This document shows positions 9,265 to 19,926 of a stretch of DNA of 64,000 nucleotides, piece by piece (position 1 is the first letter of the stretch; every line of letters begins with the position of its first letter). This stretch comes from Alphaproteobacteria bacterium (GTDB lineage Bacteria; Pseudomonadota; Alphaproteobacteria; JAAXGF01). The notes beneath the pieces were generated by a model that worked only from the letters and a program-made list of their open reading frames with translations, made no database searches and had not been told where the DNA came from. Location of the stretch: the NCBI GenBank assembly GCA_963555825.3, contig CAUVXB020000002.1, forward strand, positions 192,001-256,000, in the 5' to 3' direction. The translations under genes and the position numbers were made by a program.

Positions 9265-10635
9265 ATGACCGCCTATTTCGCCGCGACCGCCCTGTTGCCC
9301 GACGGCTGGGCATCCGACGTCCGCTTCGACGTCGATGACGGCGGCGCGCTCGCCGCGGTGACGCCGGGCGGCGGTTCGGGCGGCGCCGAGCGCCTCGCCG
9401 GCCCCGTCGTACCCGGCATGCCCAACCTGCACTCCCACGCCTTCCAGCGCGCCATGGCGGGCCTGGCCGAGCGCGCCGGCGACGCGCAAGACAGCTTCTG
9501 GACGTGGCGCCAGGTGATGTACGACTTCCTCGACCGTCTGGCGCCGCCCCAGGTCGAGGCGATCGCCGGCCAGCTCTACATCGAGATGCTCAAGGCCGGC
9601 TACACGGCGGTCGGCGAGTTCCACTACCTGCACCACGCGCCCGGCGGCGGCGCTTACGACGACCCGGCGGAGAAGTCCGCGCGCGTCATCGCGGCCGCCG
9701 CGCGCACCGGCATCGGCATCACCCACCTGCCCGTCCTCTACGCCTACGGCGGCTTCGGCGGCGCGCCCGCGTCGGATGGCCAGCGCCGTTTCCTGCACGA
9801 TGGCGAACGCTTCCTGGCGCTGATCGAGACTCTGCGAGATCGCCATGCCGAGGACGCGCAGGTCCGCATCGGCATGGCGTTGCACAGTCTCCGCGCGGTA
9901 ACGCCCGAGTTGATGGCCGAGGTGCTGCCGGCCTTCGCCGCCGGTGACGCGACGGCGCCGATCCACATCCACGTCGCCGAGCAGCAGAGCGAAGTCGACG
10001 ACTGCCTCGCCTGGTCGGGCGCGCGGCCTGTCGAATGGCTGCTCGCCAACGTCGCGCTCGACGCGCGCTGGTGCGCGGTCCACGCGACACACATGACGGC
10101 CGACGAGACGGTGGGTCTCGCGCGGACCGGCGCGGTCGCCGGGCTGTGCCCGACCACCGAGGCCAACCTGGGCGACGGCCTGTTCCCGCTGACCGAGTTC
10201 CTGGCGGCGGGCGGTATCGTCGGCATCGGCTCGGACAGCCATATCTCGGTCAGCCCGGTCGAGGAGCTGCGCTGGCTCGAATACGGCCAGCGGCTGGTCA
10301 AGCAGCGGCGCAACGTGGCGGTGCTGCCGGGCACGCGCTCGATCGGCGCCGGGCTCTACCGCGCGGCGCTGGCCGGTGGCGCGCGAGCGCTCGGCCGCCC
10401 GATCGGCGCCTTGGCCCAGGGCTGCCGCGCCGACATGGTGGTGCTCGACGCAGACCATCCCCTGCTCGTCGGCCGTGCCGGCGACGTGCTGCTCGATTCC
10501 TGGATCTTCTCGGGCAACGCCAACCCTGTTTGCGACGTCATCGTCGGCGGCCGGCCGGTCGTCACGCAAGGCCGCCACGTCGATGAGAACGCGATCCTCG
10601 CCGACTACAGGGCGACCGTCGCCGCCCTCGCCTGA
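9265..10635 (+). CDS. hutF: Formimidoylglutamate deiminase
   Basis: 'PGMPNLHSHAFQRAMAG', 'EFHYLHH', 'HSLRAV', 'CPTTEANLGDG', 'GSDS'. Confidence 0.95.
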   Translation: MTAYFAATALLPDGWASDVRFDVDDGGALAAVTPGGGSGGAERLAGPVVPGMPNLHSHAFQRAMAGLAERAGDAQDSFWTWRQVMYDFLDRLAPPQVEAIAGQLYIEMLKAGYTAVGEFHYLHHAPGGGAYDDPAEKSARVIAAAARTGIGITHLPVLYAYGGFGGAPASDGQRRFLHDGERFLALIETLRDRHAEDAQVRIGMALHSLRAVTPELMAEVLPAFAAGDATAPIHIHVAEQQSEVDDCLAWSGARPVEWLLANVALDARWCAVHATHMTADETVGLARTGAVAGLCPTTEANLGDGLFPLTEFLAAGGIVGIGSDSHISVSPVEELRWLEYGQRLVKQRRNVAVLPGTRSIGAGLYRAALAGGARALGRPIGALAQGCRADMVVLDADHPLLVGRAGDVLLDSWIFSGNANPVCDVIVGGRPVVTQGRHVDENAILADYRATVAALA

Positions 10636-10638
10636 GCC

Positions 10639-12219
10639 CTACGCCAGGCTGGGCAACAGCCCTTCGGGCACCATGCCGTTGAAGCGCCCAGCCTGGATCA
10701 GCGCCTTGGCGGCGGCGATGTCGGGCGCGAAATAGCGGTCTTCGTCCCAGGCGGCCGCCGCCTCGCGCACCACGGCATGCGCCGCCTCGAGGGCGTCCGA
10801 TGAGCGCAGCGGCCGGTGGAACTCGATGCCTTGCGCGGCGGCCAACAGCTCGATCGCGACGATGCCGGCGGTGTTGTCGGCCATCTCGGCCAGGCGCCGC
10901 GCCGCGTGGGTCGCCATCGAGACGTGGTCCTCCTGGTTGGCCGAGGTCGGCAGGCTGTCGACGCTCGAGGGATGCGCCAGCGCCTTGTTCTCGCTGGCCA
11001 GCGCGGCGGCGACCACCTGGGCCAGCATGAACCCCGAATTGAGGCCGCCCTCGGCGACCAGGAACGCCGGCAGGCCGCTCATATTGACGTCGCACAAGAG
11101 CGCCGTGCGGCGTTCCGACATGGCGCCGATCTCGGCGATCGGCAGCGCCATGGTGTCCGCCGCCATGGCGACCGGCTCGGCGTGGAAGTTGCCGCCCGAC
11201 ATCACCTCGCCGGTCTCGGCGAAGACCAGCGGGTTGTCGGTGACGCCGTTGGCCTCGCGTTCGAAGACGCCCGCCGCGAAGCGCATGTGATCGAGGCAGG
11301 CGCCCATGACCTGCGGCTGGCAGCGCAGGCTGTAGGGGTCCTGCACGCGCTCGTCGCCCTCGATATGCGAGGCGCGGATCGCGCTGCCCGCGAGCAGGCC
11401 GCGATAGACCGCCGCCAGCTCGATCTGGCCGGGCTGGCCGCGCGCCTCGCTGATGCGCGCATCGAACGGCACGTCGCTGCCCTTCGCGGCGTCGACGCTG
11501 AGCGCGCCGGCGACCACCGCGGCGGCGAAGACGTCCTCGGCGGCGAACAATCCGTCGAGCGCCAGCGCGGTCGACACCTGGGTGCCGTTGAGCAGCGCCA
11601 AGCCCTCCTTGGCGCCCAGCTCGACCGGCTCGAGTCCGGCGCGCGCCAGGCCGTCTTCCGCCGGCATCGTCTCGCCGGCGACGCGCACCTCGCCGACGCC
11701 GATCAGCACCGCGGCCATATGGGCGAGCGGCGCGAGATCGCCCGAGGCGCCGACCGAGCCCTTCGACGGGATGCACGGCAGAACGCCCGCGTTGTAGAGC
11801 AGGAGCAGCGCGTCGATGACCTCCTGGCGGATGCCCGAGCGGCCGCGCGCGAGCGCGTTGGCCTTCAACAGCAGGACGCGGCGGACGGTCGCGTCGTCGA
11901 GCAGTGGCCCGGTGCCGGCGCTGTGCGACAGGACGATGCGGCGCTGCAATTCGGTGACCTGATCGGCCGAGATCGTCGTCTTCGCCAGGCTGCCGAAGCC
12001 GGTGTTGATGCCATAGACGCGCGCCTCGCCGGCGGCGAGTGTCGCCACCGTCTCGGCCGAGCCGGCGATGCCCGGTTGGCAGGCCGCGTCGAGCTCGACG
12101 GTGATCGCCGCGTCGTCAAGCCGGCGCAACGCGGCCAGGTCGAGGTGTCCAGGGCTCAGCACAAACGTCACGGGGCGATCCTGCCGATCGGGGGTGATTT
12201 TGCGCGACACTATGCCCAA
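10639..12219 (-). CDS. hutH: Histidine ammonia-lyase
   Basis: MIO motif '[12 protein letters not shown]', 'YGINTGFG', 'QDPYSLRC', '[10 protein letters not shown]'; true start may be the GTG ~16 codons downstream. Confidence 0.95.
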   Translation of the reverse strand: MGIVSRKITPDRQDRPVTFVLSPGHLDLAALRRLDDAAITVELDAACQPGIAGSAETVATLAAGEARVYGINTGFGSLAKTTISADQVTELQRRIVLSHSAGTGPLLDDATVRRVLLLKANALARGRSGIRQEVIDALLLLYNAGVLPCIPSKGSVGASGDLAPLAHMAAVLIGVGEVRVAGETMPAEDGLARAGLEPVELGAKEGLALLNGTQVSTALALDGLFAAEDVFAAAVVAGALSVDAAKGSDVPFDARISEARGQPGQIELAAVYRGLLAGSAIRASHIEGDERVQDPYSLRCQPQVMGACLDHMRFAAGVFEREANGVTDNPLVFAETGEVMSGGNFHAEPVAMAADTMALPIAEIGAMSERRTALLCDVNMSGLPAFLVAEGGLNSGFMLAQVVAAALASENKALAHPSSVDSLPTSANQEDHVSMATHAARRLAEMADNTAGIVAIELLAAAQGIEFHRPLRSSDALEAAHAVVREAAAAWDEDRYFAPDIAAAKALIQAGRFNGMVPEGLLPSLA

Positions 12220-12354
12220 TGCCAGACCCTCGCAAGCGCCATTGATCGGCCCTAACGCGACCGTCGAGCGCCTTATTTACAATGCCGATAACCAAGCGTA
12301 CGGTGCGGCGAAATCGGCCGTGTTGAAGGCCGCCCACCGGGGTAAGGACAAGCC

Positions 12355-13884
12355 ATGTCACGCGAACATCGTCGGGGCCGGCGCCCGTCGCGCGAGGGCG
12401 CGGCGATCAAGCAGCCACCCCTGCGAAACCTCGTCAATCCCTACAAGCCGATCGAGGTCATCAGCGCCGATCAGGTCGAGCAGATCCACCTGGCCTCGCT
12501 CACCGTGCTCGAATATCTCGGCCTCGAGTTCCTCGACGACGAGGCGCTCGACATTCTGGCCGGCGCCGGCGCCGACGTCGACAAGGGCGCGCGACTCGTG
12601 AAGTTCGATCGCGGCCTGATCGAGGAGAACATCGCCAAGGCGCCGGCCGAGTTCACGCTCTATGCCCGCAACCCGGCGCACAACGTCACCTTCGGCGGCA
12701 ACCACATCAACTTCTCGACGGTCGGCAGCCCGCCGCACGCCTCGGACCTCGACCGCGGCCGGCGCACCGGCAGCTACGCCGATTACTGCGATCTGCTGCG
12801 CCTCGGCCAGAGCCTCAACGTCATCCACCTGATCTCGGGCTATCCGGTCGAGCCGGTCGATCTGCCCGCCGCGACGCGCCACCTCGACGCCCATTACGCG
12901 TACATCACGCTGACCGACCGCGTCTGGCACCCCTATTCGCTCGGCCGCCAGCGCATCGCCGACGGCATCGACATGCTGTGCCTCGCGCGCGGCCTCGACC
13001 GCGAAGCGCTCAAGCGCGAGCCGGGACTGCTCAGCGTCGTCAACACCAACTCGCCGCTGCGCGTCGACGGCCCGATGCTGCAGGGCCTGATGGAGATGGC
13101 ACGGGCCGGCCAGTGCGTGGTGGTGACGCCGTTCACCCTGGCCGGCGCGATGAGCCCGGTGACCATCGCCGGCGCGCTGACCCAGCAGAACGCCGAGGCG
13201 CTCGCCGTCATCGCCTTCATCCAAATCGTCAGCCCCGGCGCGCCGGCGATGTACGGCGGCTTCACCTCGAACGTCGACATGAAGTCGGGCGCGCCCGCCT
13301 TCGGCACGCCCGAATACGCCCGCGCCGCGTTGGCCGGCGGCCAGCTCGCGCGGCGCTACAAGCTGCCCTACCGCTCGTCCAACGCCAACGCCGCCAACGT
13401 CGTCGACGCGCAGGCGGCCTATGAGTCCGAGATGTCGATCTGGTCGGCGGTGATGGGCCATTCGAACCTGGTGATGCACGGCGCCGGCTGGCTCGAGGGC
13501 GGCCTGACGGCGTCGTTCGAGAAGGTCATCATCGACGCCGAGATGCTGCAGATGATGGCCGAGTTCCTGCAGCCCTTGGAGGTCAGCGACGCGACATTGG
13601 GCCTAGAAGCGATGGCCGATGTCGGCCCCGGCGGCCACTTCTTCGGCACCCAGCACACACTCGACCGGTACGAGACCGCGTTCTACCAGCCGATGGTGTC
13701 GGACTGGCGCAATTTCGAGACCTGGGAGGAAGCCGGTTCGCTGACCGCGACGCAGCGCGCCAACGCGATCTGGAAGCAGCTGCTCGCCGACTACGAGCAA
13801 CCGCCGATCGACCCCGGCGCCGACGAGGCGCTCAAGGACTTCGTCGCCCGCCGCAAGCGCGAGGAAGGCGTCGAGGCGGCGTAG
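12355..13884 (+). CDS. Trimethylamine methyltransferase (MttB) family protein, non-pyrrolysine
   Basis: 'NTNSPL', 'TPFTLAGAMSPVT', 'GGFTSNVDMKSGAPAFGTPE', 'GWLEGGL'; no in-frame amber codon. Confidence 0.92.
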   Translation: MSREHRRGRRPSREGAAIKQPPLRNLVNPYKPIEVISADQVEQIHLASLTVLEYLGLEFLDDEALDILAGAGADVDKGARLVKFDRGLIEENIAKAPAEFTLYARNPAHNVTFGGNHINFSTVGSPPHASDLDRGRRTGSYADYCDLLRLGQSLNVIHLISGYPVEPVDLPAATRHLDAHYAYITLTDRVWHPYSLGRQRIADGIDMLCLARGLDREALKREPGLLSVVNTNSPLRVDGPMLQGLMEMARAGQCVVVTPFTLAGAMSPVTIAGALTQQNAEALAVIAFIQIVSPGAPAMYGGFTSNVDMKSGAPAFGTPEYARAALAGGQLARRYKLPYRSSNANAANVVDAQAAYESEMSIWSAVMGHSNLVMHGAGWLEGGLTASFEKVIIDAEMLQMMAEFLQPLEVSDATLGLEAMADVGPGGHFFGTQHTLDRYETAFYQPMVSDWRNFETWEEAGSLTATQRANAIWKQLLADYEQPPIDPGADEALKDFVARRKREEGVEAA

Positions 13885-14160
13885 GCGGTCGCCCGTGGGT
13901 CGTGTCTCGGTTTGAAATTCTGCCGAAACAACGCGCGGAACATCGGCTTTTCAGCGGATCATGCCTGCTTTGCCCCCAACGGCAGACCTCGGCGCACAGT
14001 CATTGGAATAGCCGGTTCTGACCCAGCGAGGGCATGGACGATGCAATCAAACGCGCATGTCCCTCCCTAGCGACAATCGAAAATCTGCGTTACTGATAAT
14101 TGTGCAGCGGTGTTTGTGCCGCAGTGCCATAATTCCCATCAGTCAGATAGGCTTCAGACG

Positions 14161-14520
14161 ATGACGCCCATCAAACGTATCGGCCCGTCCACGCTATCAC
14201 GAACGCGAAGTCGTTCTGTAATCCATGAGGGTGTCGTCACCACGGTTGCGACGTCTACGACAAAAGTACCTTCACTCTATGAGCAGGCACAGGACGCTTT
14301 GGCAACACTCGAAAGCAACCTAAAGGAAGCCGGTACAGATAAGTCCCGGATCCTCATGGTGATGATATATATCCGGGACATCACGATGAAGCCCGAGTTC
14401 AACCGAGCGTGGGATGAGTGGGTAGATCACCAGAATCTCCCTCTGCGGGCGTGCGTTGGTGCGTCTCTGGAGCACGACGATTTGGTCGAATTGGTGGTCA
14501 CGGCTGCGATTGAAACTTAG
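14161..14520 (+). CDS. RidA/YjgF family protein
   Basis: 'RSRSVIH', 'LKEAGTDKSRIL', 'FNRAWDEWV...PLRACV', 'LVELVVTAA'; lower GC than its flanks. Confidence 0.85.
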   Translation: MTPIKRIGPSTLSRTRSRSVIHEGVVTTVATSTTKVPSLYEQAQDALATLESNLKEAGTDKSRILMVMIYIRDITMKPEFNRAWDEWVDHQNLPLRACVGASLEHDDLVELVVTAAIET

Positions 14521-14747
14521 GATTTCTTCGACTGCTTTTGGCTGATTTCGGACTCAACTGCCGAACCGGAACGATGACCGCATTGGGACGATAAGCCGAC
14601 ACACGAGGCCGCTCCGTGCTTTCACCACGTCAAATTTCAAACGCAGACACCACTCGCCCGTGGCCGACATTTACAAATCGACAGGTGAAGCCTAGGCTTC
14701 CGCGGTATGGCGCGGGTTCCACGCGCCGTCGAGTATAACGAGGTTTC

Positions 14748-16265
14748 ATGGCACGTGAACGAAGCCGCGGCCGCCGCAAGGCCCCGACCGGGCTCAAGCA
14801 GCTGCCGTGGCGCAACATCACCAACCCCTACGCACCCGTCGAGGTGCTGTCGGAAGAGCAGATCGAGCGCATCCACGACGCCTCGCTCACGGTGCTCGAA
14901 GACATCGGCATGCTGATCCACGGCGCCGAGGCGCGCGACATCCTGGCCAAGGCGGGCGCCGACGTCGACGAGGCGTCGGGCCGCGTGCGCTTCGACCGCG
15001 GGCTGATCATGGAGGCGGTCGCGCAGACGCCGGCCGAGTTCACGCTCTATGCCCGCAACCCGGCGCGCAACGTCCATTTCGGCGCCAACCACATCAACTT
15101 CTCGCCGGTCTCCAGCCCGCCGAATTACTCGGACCTCGAGGGCGGCCGCCGCCCCGGCACCTACGCGGCGTTCTGCGACTTCCTGCGCCTCTCGCATATG
15201 TTCAACATCATGCACTTCATCGGCGGCTATCCGGTCGAGCCGCAGGACCTGCCGGTGCCGACGCGGCATCTCGATGCCTATTACGGTTTCATCACCTTGA
15301 CCGACCGCGCCTGGCGCACCTATGCGCTGAGCCGCGACCGCTCGGTCGACGGTATCGAGATGATGTGCATCGCGCGCGGCGTCGACCGCGCGCAGCTGGC
15401 CCGCGAGCCGGGCGTGCTGACCATGATCAACACCAACTCGCCGCTCGTGCTCGACGGGCCGATGAGCGACGGGCTGATCGAGATGTCGCGCGCCGGCCAG
15501 GCGGTCTCGATCACGCCGTTCACGCTGGCCGGCGCGATGAGCCCGGTGACCATCGCCGGCGCGCTGACCCAGCAGAACGCCGAGGCGCTCGCCGGCCTGG
15601 CGCTCATCCAACTGGTCAACCCCGGCGCCCCGGCGATTTACGGCGGCTTCACATCGAACGTCGATATGAAGTCCGGCGCGCCGGCCTTCGGCACGCCGGA
15701 GTACGCCATCGCGACCTTCGCCGGCGGCCAGCTCGCGCGGCGCTACGCGATTCCCTACCGCTCGTCGAACGTCAACGCGTCGAACGCGGTCGATGCGCAA
15801 GCCGCCTACGAGTCCGGGATGTCGATCTGGTCGGCGGTGATGAGCCACGCGAGCTTCGTCCACCACGGCGCCGGCTGGCTCGAAGGCGGGCTGTGCGCCT
15901 CGTTCGAGAAGATGATCATCGATGTCGAGATGCTGCAGATGATGGCCGAGTTCATGGTGCCGCTCGAGGTCACCGAGGCGACGCTGGGCGTCGAGGCGAT
16001 GGCCGACGTCGGGCCCGGCGGCCACTTCTTCGGCACCCAGCACACGCTCGATCGTTACGAGACCGCGTTCTACGACCCGATCGTCTCGGACTGGCGCAAC
16101 TTCGAGACCTGGGAGGAGACCGGTTCGCTGACCGCCACCGACCGCGCCAACACGATCTACAAGCAGATGCTCGCCGACTACCAGCCGCCGCCGCTCGATG
16201 CCGCGATCGAGGAAGAGCTCACGGCCTACATGACCAAGCGCAAGGCAGCCAACGCCGCGGCGTAG
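14748..16265 (+). CDS. Second MttB family methyltransferase (paralog)
   Basis: Same motifs as 12355-13884, with long near-identical stretches. Confidence 0.92.
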   Translation: MARERSRGRRKAPTGLKQLPWRNITNPYAPVEVLSEEQIERIHDASLTVLEDIGMLIHGAEARDILAKAGADVDEASGRVRFDRGLIMEAVAQTPAEFTLYARNPARNVHFGANHINFSPVSSPPNYSDLEGGRRPGTYAAFCDFLRLSHMFNIMHFIGGYPVEPQDLPVPTRHLDAYYGFITLTDRAWRTYALSRDRSVDGIEMMCIARGVDRAQLAREPGVLTMINTNSPLVLDGPMSDGLIEMSRAGQAVSITPFTLAGAMSPVTIAGALTQQNAEALAGLALIQLVNPGAPAIYGGFTSNVDMKSGAPAFGTPEYAIATFAGGQLARRYAIPYRSSNVNASNAVDAQAAYESGMSIWSAVMSHASFVHHGAGWLEGGLCASFEKMIIDVEMLQMMAEFMVPLEVTEATLGVEAMADVGPGGHFFGTQHTLDRYETAFYDPIVSDWRNFETWEETGSLTATDRANTIYKQMLADYQPPPLDAAIEEELTAYMTKRKAANAAA

Positions 16266-16332
16266 GCCGGTCGCGCGGATCGCATTGAAGGCGATTCGGG
16301 GAGCTCTTAAACCGGAGTTTGAAGGCTGAGCA

Positions 16333-16548
16333 ATGCCTCAGTTTGACGTCTTGGCGAAGCATCGCTGGAACGTCGTCTTATCAGCGGGTCATGTCTGCGT
16401 TGTGCTCAACGGCGGAGCTTGGCGCCCGGTTATCGGTGGAGTCGCTAGTGACCCTGAGCGGCCATTTATCGGCCTCACGTTTGCTGGATCGTGCTACGAT
16501 ATATGGACTGCAAGTTGGTTTTCTGCGCCTTATGCGGGTGTCAACTAA
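16333..16548 (+). CDS. Small hypothetical protein
   Basis: 71 aa ORF with a plausible RBS at the island edge; no recognised motif. Confidence 0.35.
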   Translation: MPQFDVLAKHRWNVVLSAGHVCVVLNGGAWRPVIGGVASDPERPFIGLTFAGSCYDIWTASWFSAPYAGVN

Positions 16549-16584
16549 TTATTGTTGGGCCAAATTAGAAGTCAGGAGGAGGCG

Positions 16585-17474
16585 ATGCAGACAAGAGAAG
16601 TCATTAAGGAGATTCGATGGATTCGCAGCCTAGTCTCCACCGAACTAGAGAATTGGATGTTTCATAAGGGTATGAAAGAAGAGCCCGACGTCATCCGCTG
16701 CATCGTAGCTTGCCTATCCGGTTTACACCCACACCCACTAGGGCTAGAATGGGCGCAAACCGGATATAGGGGAGCGCGCCATGGATGTTCTCGACCGCGC
16801 CGATCTCCCATTCCCGCATTCGCCACCTCAACATGGTTCTTGGGCTGTCCACCGATCCTGTCTTGGTTGGGCCGCACCATGCCCGAGCGGAGCTTGTGGA
16901 GAATTTGAAAGGCCGTCTCGTAGCGCGAAAGACCAAGTTGCCGCTGAAACTGCACGGCGGACATGCCGGGCGTCTGACTGGCGACCAGATAAGCGGCCCA
17001 GAACCAGACGTTCAGCGGAGTGTGGCTACGCTCCATCACTGTTCCCACCGTCAGCCCGGTGTTCTGGCGGCACTTGCGGCAGCGCAGGACGCCAGGGCGG
17101 TTTTCAAAGTGGAACGGCTCTCCCGCCGTGCCGCAGTGCGGGCAGGCAAAGCCGTCTCCCCAGCGGGCTTTCTCCAGGTAGGCGGCGCAGGCCGCATCAT
17201 CGGGGAAAAGTCGCTGGAACTCGGGTAGCGAATGCGGGAATGGGAGATCGGCGCGGTCGAGAACATCCATGGCGCGCTCCCCTATATCCGGTTTGCGCCC
17301 ATTCTAGCCCTAGTGGGTGTGGGTGTAAACCGGATAGGCAAGCATCGTAGATGCATCACAATTTGCCGATCGGTTGTCAAGAAATGCCGCCGCTGTACAG
17401 ATCATGCAGGCCTTTGGCCTGGATCAACTTGCAGACCGTGAAACGTTTTATGCGTGGGTCCAAGGGAATACTGG
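16585..17474 (+). pseudogene. Hypothetical gene interrupted by the IS1595-derived element and truncated by IS21
   Basis: AGGAGG RBS; MQTREVIKE...IRCIV continues in frame (DASQFADRL...WVQGNT) after removing 16709-17350. Confidence 0.65.
16709..17342. mobile_element. IS1595-derived non-autonomous element made of two inverted left ends
   Basis: Perfect 115-bp IR (16709-16823 / 17228-17342); 8-bp duplication CATCGTAG; truncated transposase with Zn ribbon 'CPHC...CRKC'. Confidence 0.85.
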
Positions 17475-17665
17475 TGTCAATGGCGGAGCAAAAAGGGACC
17501 ACCTCGGCGGTGTAAGAAGGGACCGCTTGGCGGCTGCGGGCTTGTCCCCGTAGTCCACGGGAGGGCCCCGCGCGCGACGCGGCGTGCCCTCAACAGGCTG
17601 ACGCGGCGGCGCGCGCGGGAGGGACCTGTGGGCCCACGGGGTCAAGCGTGGGCTGGGTGGTCGGT

Positions 17666-18430
17666 TCAGTTAGCAGTCGGGGTTTGACGCCTGCGGCTCT
17701 GGTTGAGCCTGTAGCTGTCACCGTTCATCTCGAGGATGTTGACGTGGTGGGTGAGGCGATCGAGGAGCGCGCCGGTGAGGCGCTCGGAGCCGAACACCTC
17801 GGTCCATTCGTCGAAGGGCAGATTGGTGGTGACCAGGGTCGAGCCCCGCTCGTAGCGTTGGCTGAACACCTCGAACAACAGCTCGGCGCCGGTCTTCGAC
17901 AGCGGCACGAAGCCGAGTTCGTCGACGATCAGAAGCTTGTAGGTGGCGAGCTTCTTCTGGAACCTCAGCAGCTGCTTGTCATCGCGGGCCTCGATGAGTT
18001 CGTGGACCAGCGCGGCGGCGGTGATGAAGCCGACCGAGAGGCCCTTCTGGCAGGCCGCCAGGCCGAGACCGAGGGCGATGTGGGTCTTGCCGGTCCCACT
18101 GTTGCCGAGCGCGATGAGGTTCTCGCGGCGCTCGATGTACTCGCAGCGGGCCAGCTCCAGGACCAGCGCCTTGTTGAGCGAGGGGATGACCTTGAAGTCG
18201 AAGCTGTCGAGGCTCTTGACCACGGGGAAGCGCGCCGCCTTGATGCGCCGCTCGACCATGCGGCGCTCGCGGTCGATCAGCTCGAGCTCGGCGAGTCTCA
18301 ACAGGTAGCGGACGTGATCGACGCCTTCCGAGGCGCACTGCCGGGCGATCTTGTCGTACTCGCGCAGGAAGGTCGGCAGCTTCAGCGTCTTGAGGTGGTG
18401 GGCGAGCAGCACTTGCGGTGTGTCGGTCAT
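17666..18430 (-). CDS. istB: IS21 helper ATPase
   Basis: Walker A 'GNSGTGKT', Walker B 'LLIVDELG', 'LLDRLTHH'. Confidence 0.95.
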   Translation of the reverse strand: MTDTPQVLLAHHLKTLKLPTFLREYDKIARQCASEGVDHVRYLLRLAELELIDRERRMVERRIKAARFPVVKSLDSFDFKVIPSLNKALVLELARCEYIERRENLIALGNSGTGKTHIALGLGLAACQKGLSVGFITAAALVHELIEARDDKQLLRFQKKLATYKLLIVDELGFVPLSKTGAELLFEVFSQRYERGSTLVTTNLPFDEWTEVFGSERLTGALLDRLTHHVNILEMNGDSYRLNQSRRRQTPTAN

Positions 18431-19926
18431 GCGCCGAGCCCCGACAGCAGGCTCATGTACGACTTGGCGGACGTCATCGCGACCCGGGCGCGCGGCAGAT
18501 ACGGATAGACGTCGAGGTTGAGCCTGGGCGGCCGCCGCTCGATGCGGCACAGTACCAGGTGCTTCACCGCATCAAAGCCGATTGCGCCGAGCCGCAGGGC
18601 GTCGCCGACCGCACCCTCGACCTCCTCGAGCCGGAAGGTCTCCAGTAGACGGAGCACCTGGACGTACTCGCGCTTGCCTGCCTTGCCCATACGAGCTTCG
18701 AGGAGCCGCCGCAGAGTGATGAAGGCCTCGGGCAGGTCCCAGCCCGCCAATGGCGCGGCCTGGTCGAGGGCGCCGATCTTCTGCTCGATCAAGGGCAGGT
18801 AATGCAGCGGGTCGAAGATCAGGTCCTCGCTGTCGTAGGACCGGCGGTGCCGGGCGATCACCTCGGCCCCGCAGCTGATCACCACCTCATCGACGTAGCC
18901 CCGGATGAGCACCTCACGGTGGCCGTAGGCCACGGGCACGGAATAGTCGTTGCTGCGGTAACGCACCAGCGACAGCGAACTCGCCCGTCCAGGGCGCTTA
19001 TCGCAGGCATCATAGGGAGCAGGCGGCAATGGCAAGAGAACTTGACGATCCCGCTCGAGACGCTCGCCGATGGTCTCCTTGTGGCCCCGCAGCCGCGCCG
19101 CCTGGCGCCGGCGGCACTGTTCGGCGAGAGCATCGTTGAGGGCCGCGAAGCTCTCGGCACGCGGGACGGGGACCAGGAAGTTCCGCCGGATGAAGCCGAC
19201 CAGTCCCTCGACCTTGCCCTTGTCGTTGCCCTTGCCCGGCCGGCCGAACCTGTCCTCGAACAGATAGTGGGACTGAAGCTCCGTGAAGACGCGCGTTCGC
19301 TGCCGCTTCCCATCGCCCAGGATCCGGGCAACCGCCAGCTTGGTGTTGTCGTACAGGATGGATCGGGGGACGCCGCCGAAGAAGGCAAACGCCGCGTTGT
19401 GGCCATCGCAGAATGCTTCGGTCGTCTCCGCCGGATAGGCCGCAACAAAGCAACCATCACTGTGGGGAAGGTCGAAGGCAAGGAAGTGGATCTTCCGTAA
19501 CGCGCCGCCGATCACCGCCATCGCTTCGCCGAAGTCCGCCTGGGCGTGACCGGGGGAATGGGAGAGTGGCACGAACACCTCACGCGACCGAAGCCCCTGC
19601 TCACGAACGTAGTCCTTCACGATGGTGTAGCCGCCCGTGAAACCGTACTCGTCCCGGAGGCGGTCGAAGATGCGCTTCGCAGTGTGCCGTTGCTTGCGGT
19701 GGCTGGTCCGATCGTCTTCCAAGATCCGATCGATGATTCCCGTGAACGGACCCAGCTTTGGCCGCCTCGGCGGCGCGCTTCGGCGATACCCTGGCGGCAC
19801 CGAGAACGACAGCATCTTACGGACCGTCTTGCGGTCTACACCAAACACCCGCGAGGCCTCGCGGGTGCTCATCCCCTCGACATGACACGCCCGCCGAACC
19901 CGTGCGTACAACTCCACCCGATACAT
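18427..19926 (-). CDS. istA: IS21 transposase
   Basis: 'AQADFGEA', 'LYDNTK', 'GNDKGKVE', 'NDYSVP'. Confidence 0.95.
   Translation of the reverse strand: MYRVELYARVRRACHVEGMSTREASRVFGVDRKTVRKMLSFSVPPGYRRSAPPRRPKLGPFTGIIDRILEDDRTSHRKQRHTAKRIFDRLRDEYGFTGGYTIVKDYVREQGLRSREVFVPLSHSPGHAQADFGEAMAVIGGALRKIHFLAFDLPHSDGCFVAAYPAETTEAFCDGHNAAFAFFGGVPRSILYDNTKLAVARILGDGKRQRTRVFTELQSHYLFEDRFGRPGKGNDKGKVEGLVGFIRRNFLVPVPRAESFAALNDALAEQCRRRQAARLRGHKETIGERLERDRQVLLPLPPAPYDACDKRPGRASSLSLVRYRSNDYSVPVAYGHREVLIRGYVDEVVISCGAEVIARHRRSYDSEDLIFDPLHYLPLIEQKIGALDQAAPLAGWDLPEAFITLRRLLEARMGKAGKREYVQVLRLLETFRLEEVEGAVGDALRLGAIGFDAVKHLVLCRIERRPPRLNLDVYPYLPRARVAMTSAKSYMSLLSGLGA

Noticed and set aside
12355-16265. Pyrrolysine recoding in the MttB genes
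   Set aside because: Both frames are open with no internal TAG, and no pyl genes are present
16270-16340. Second att site duplicating the tRNA 3' end
   Set aside because: No match to TGGTGGGCCGGGCAGG found by eye at the presumed island border
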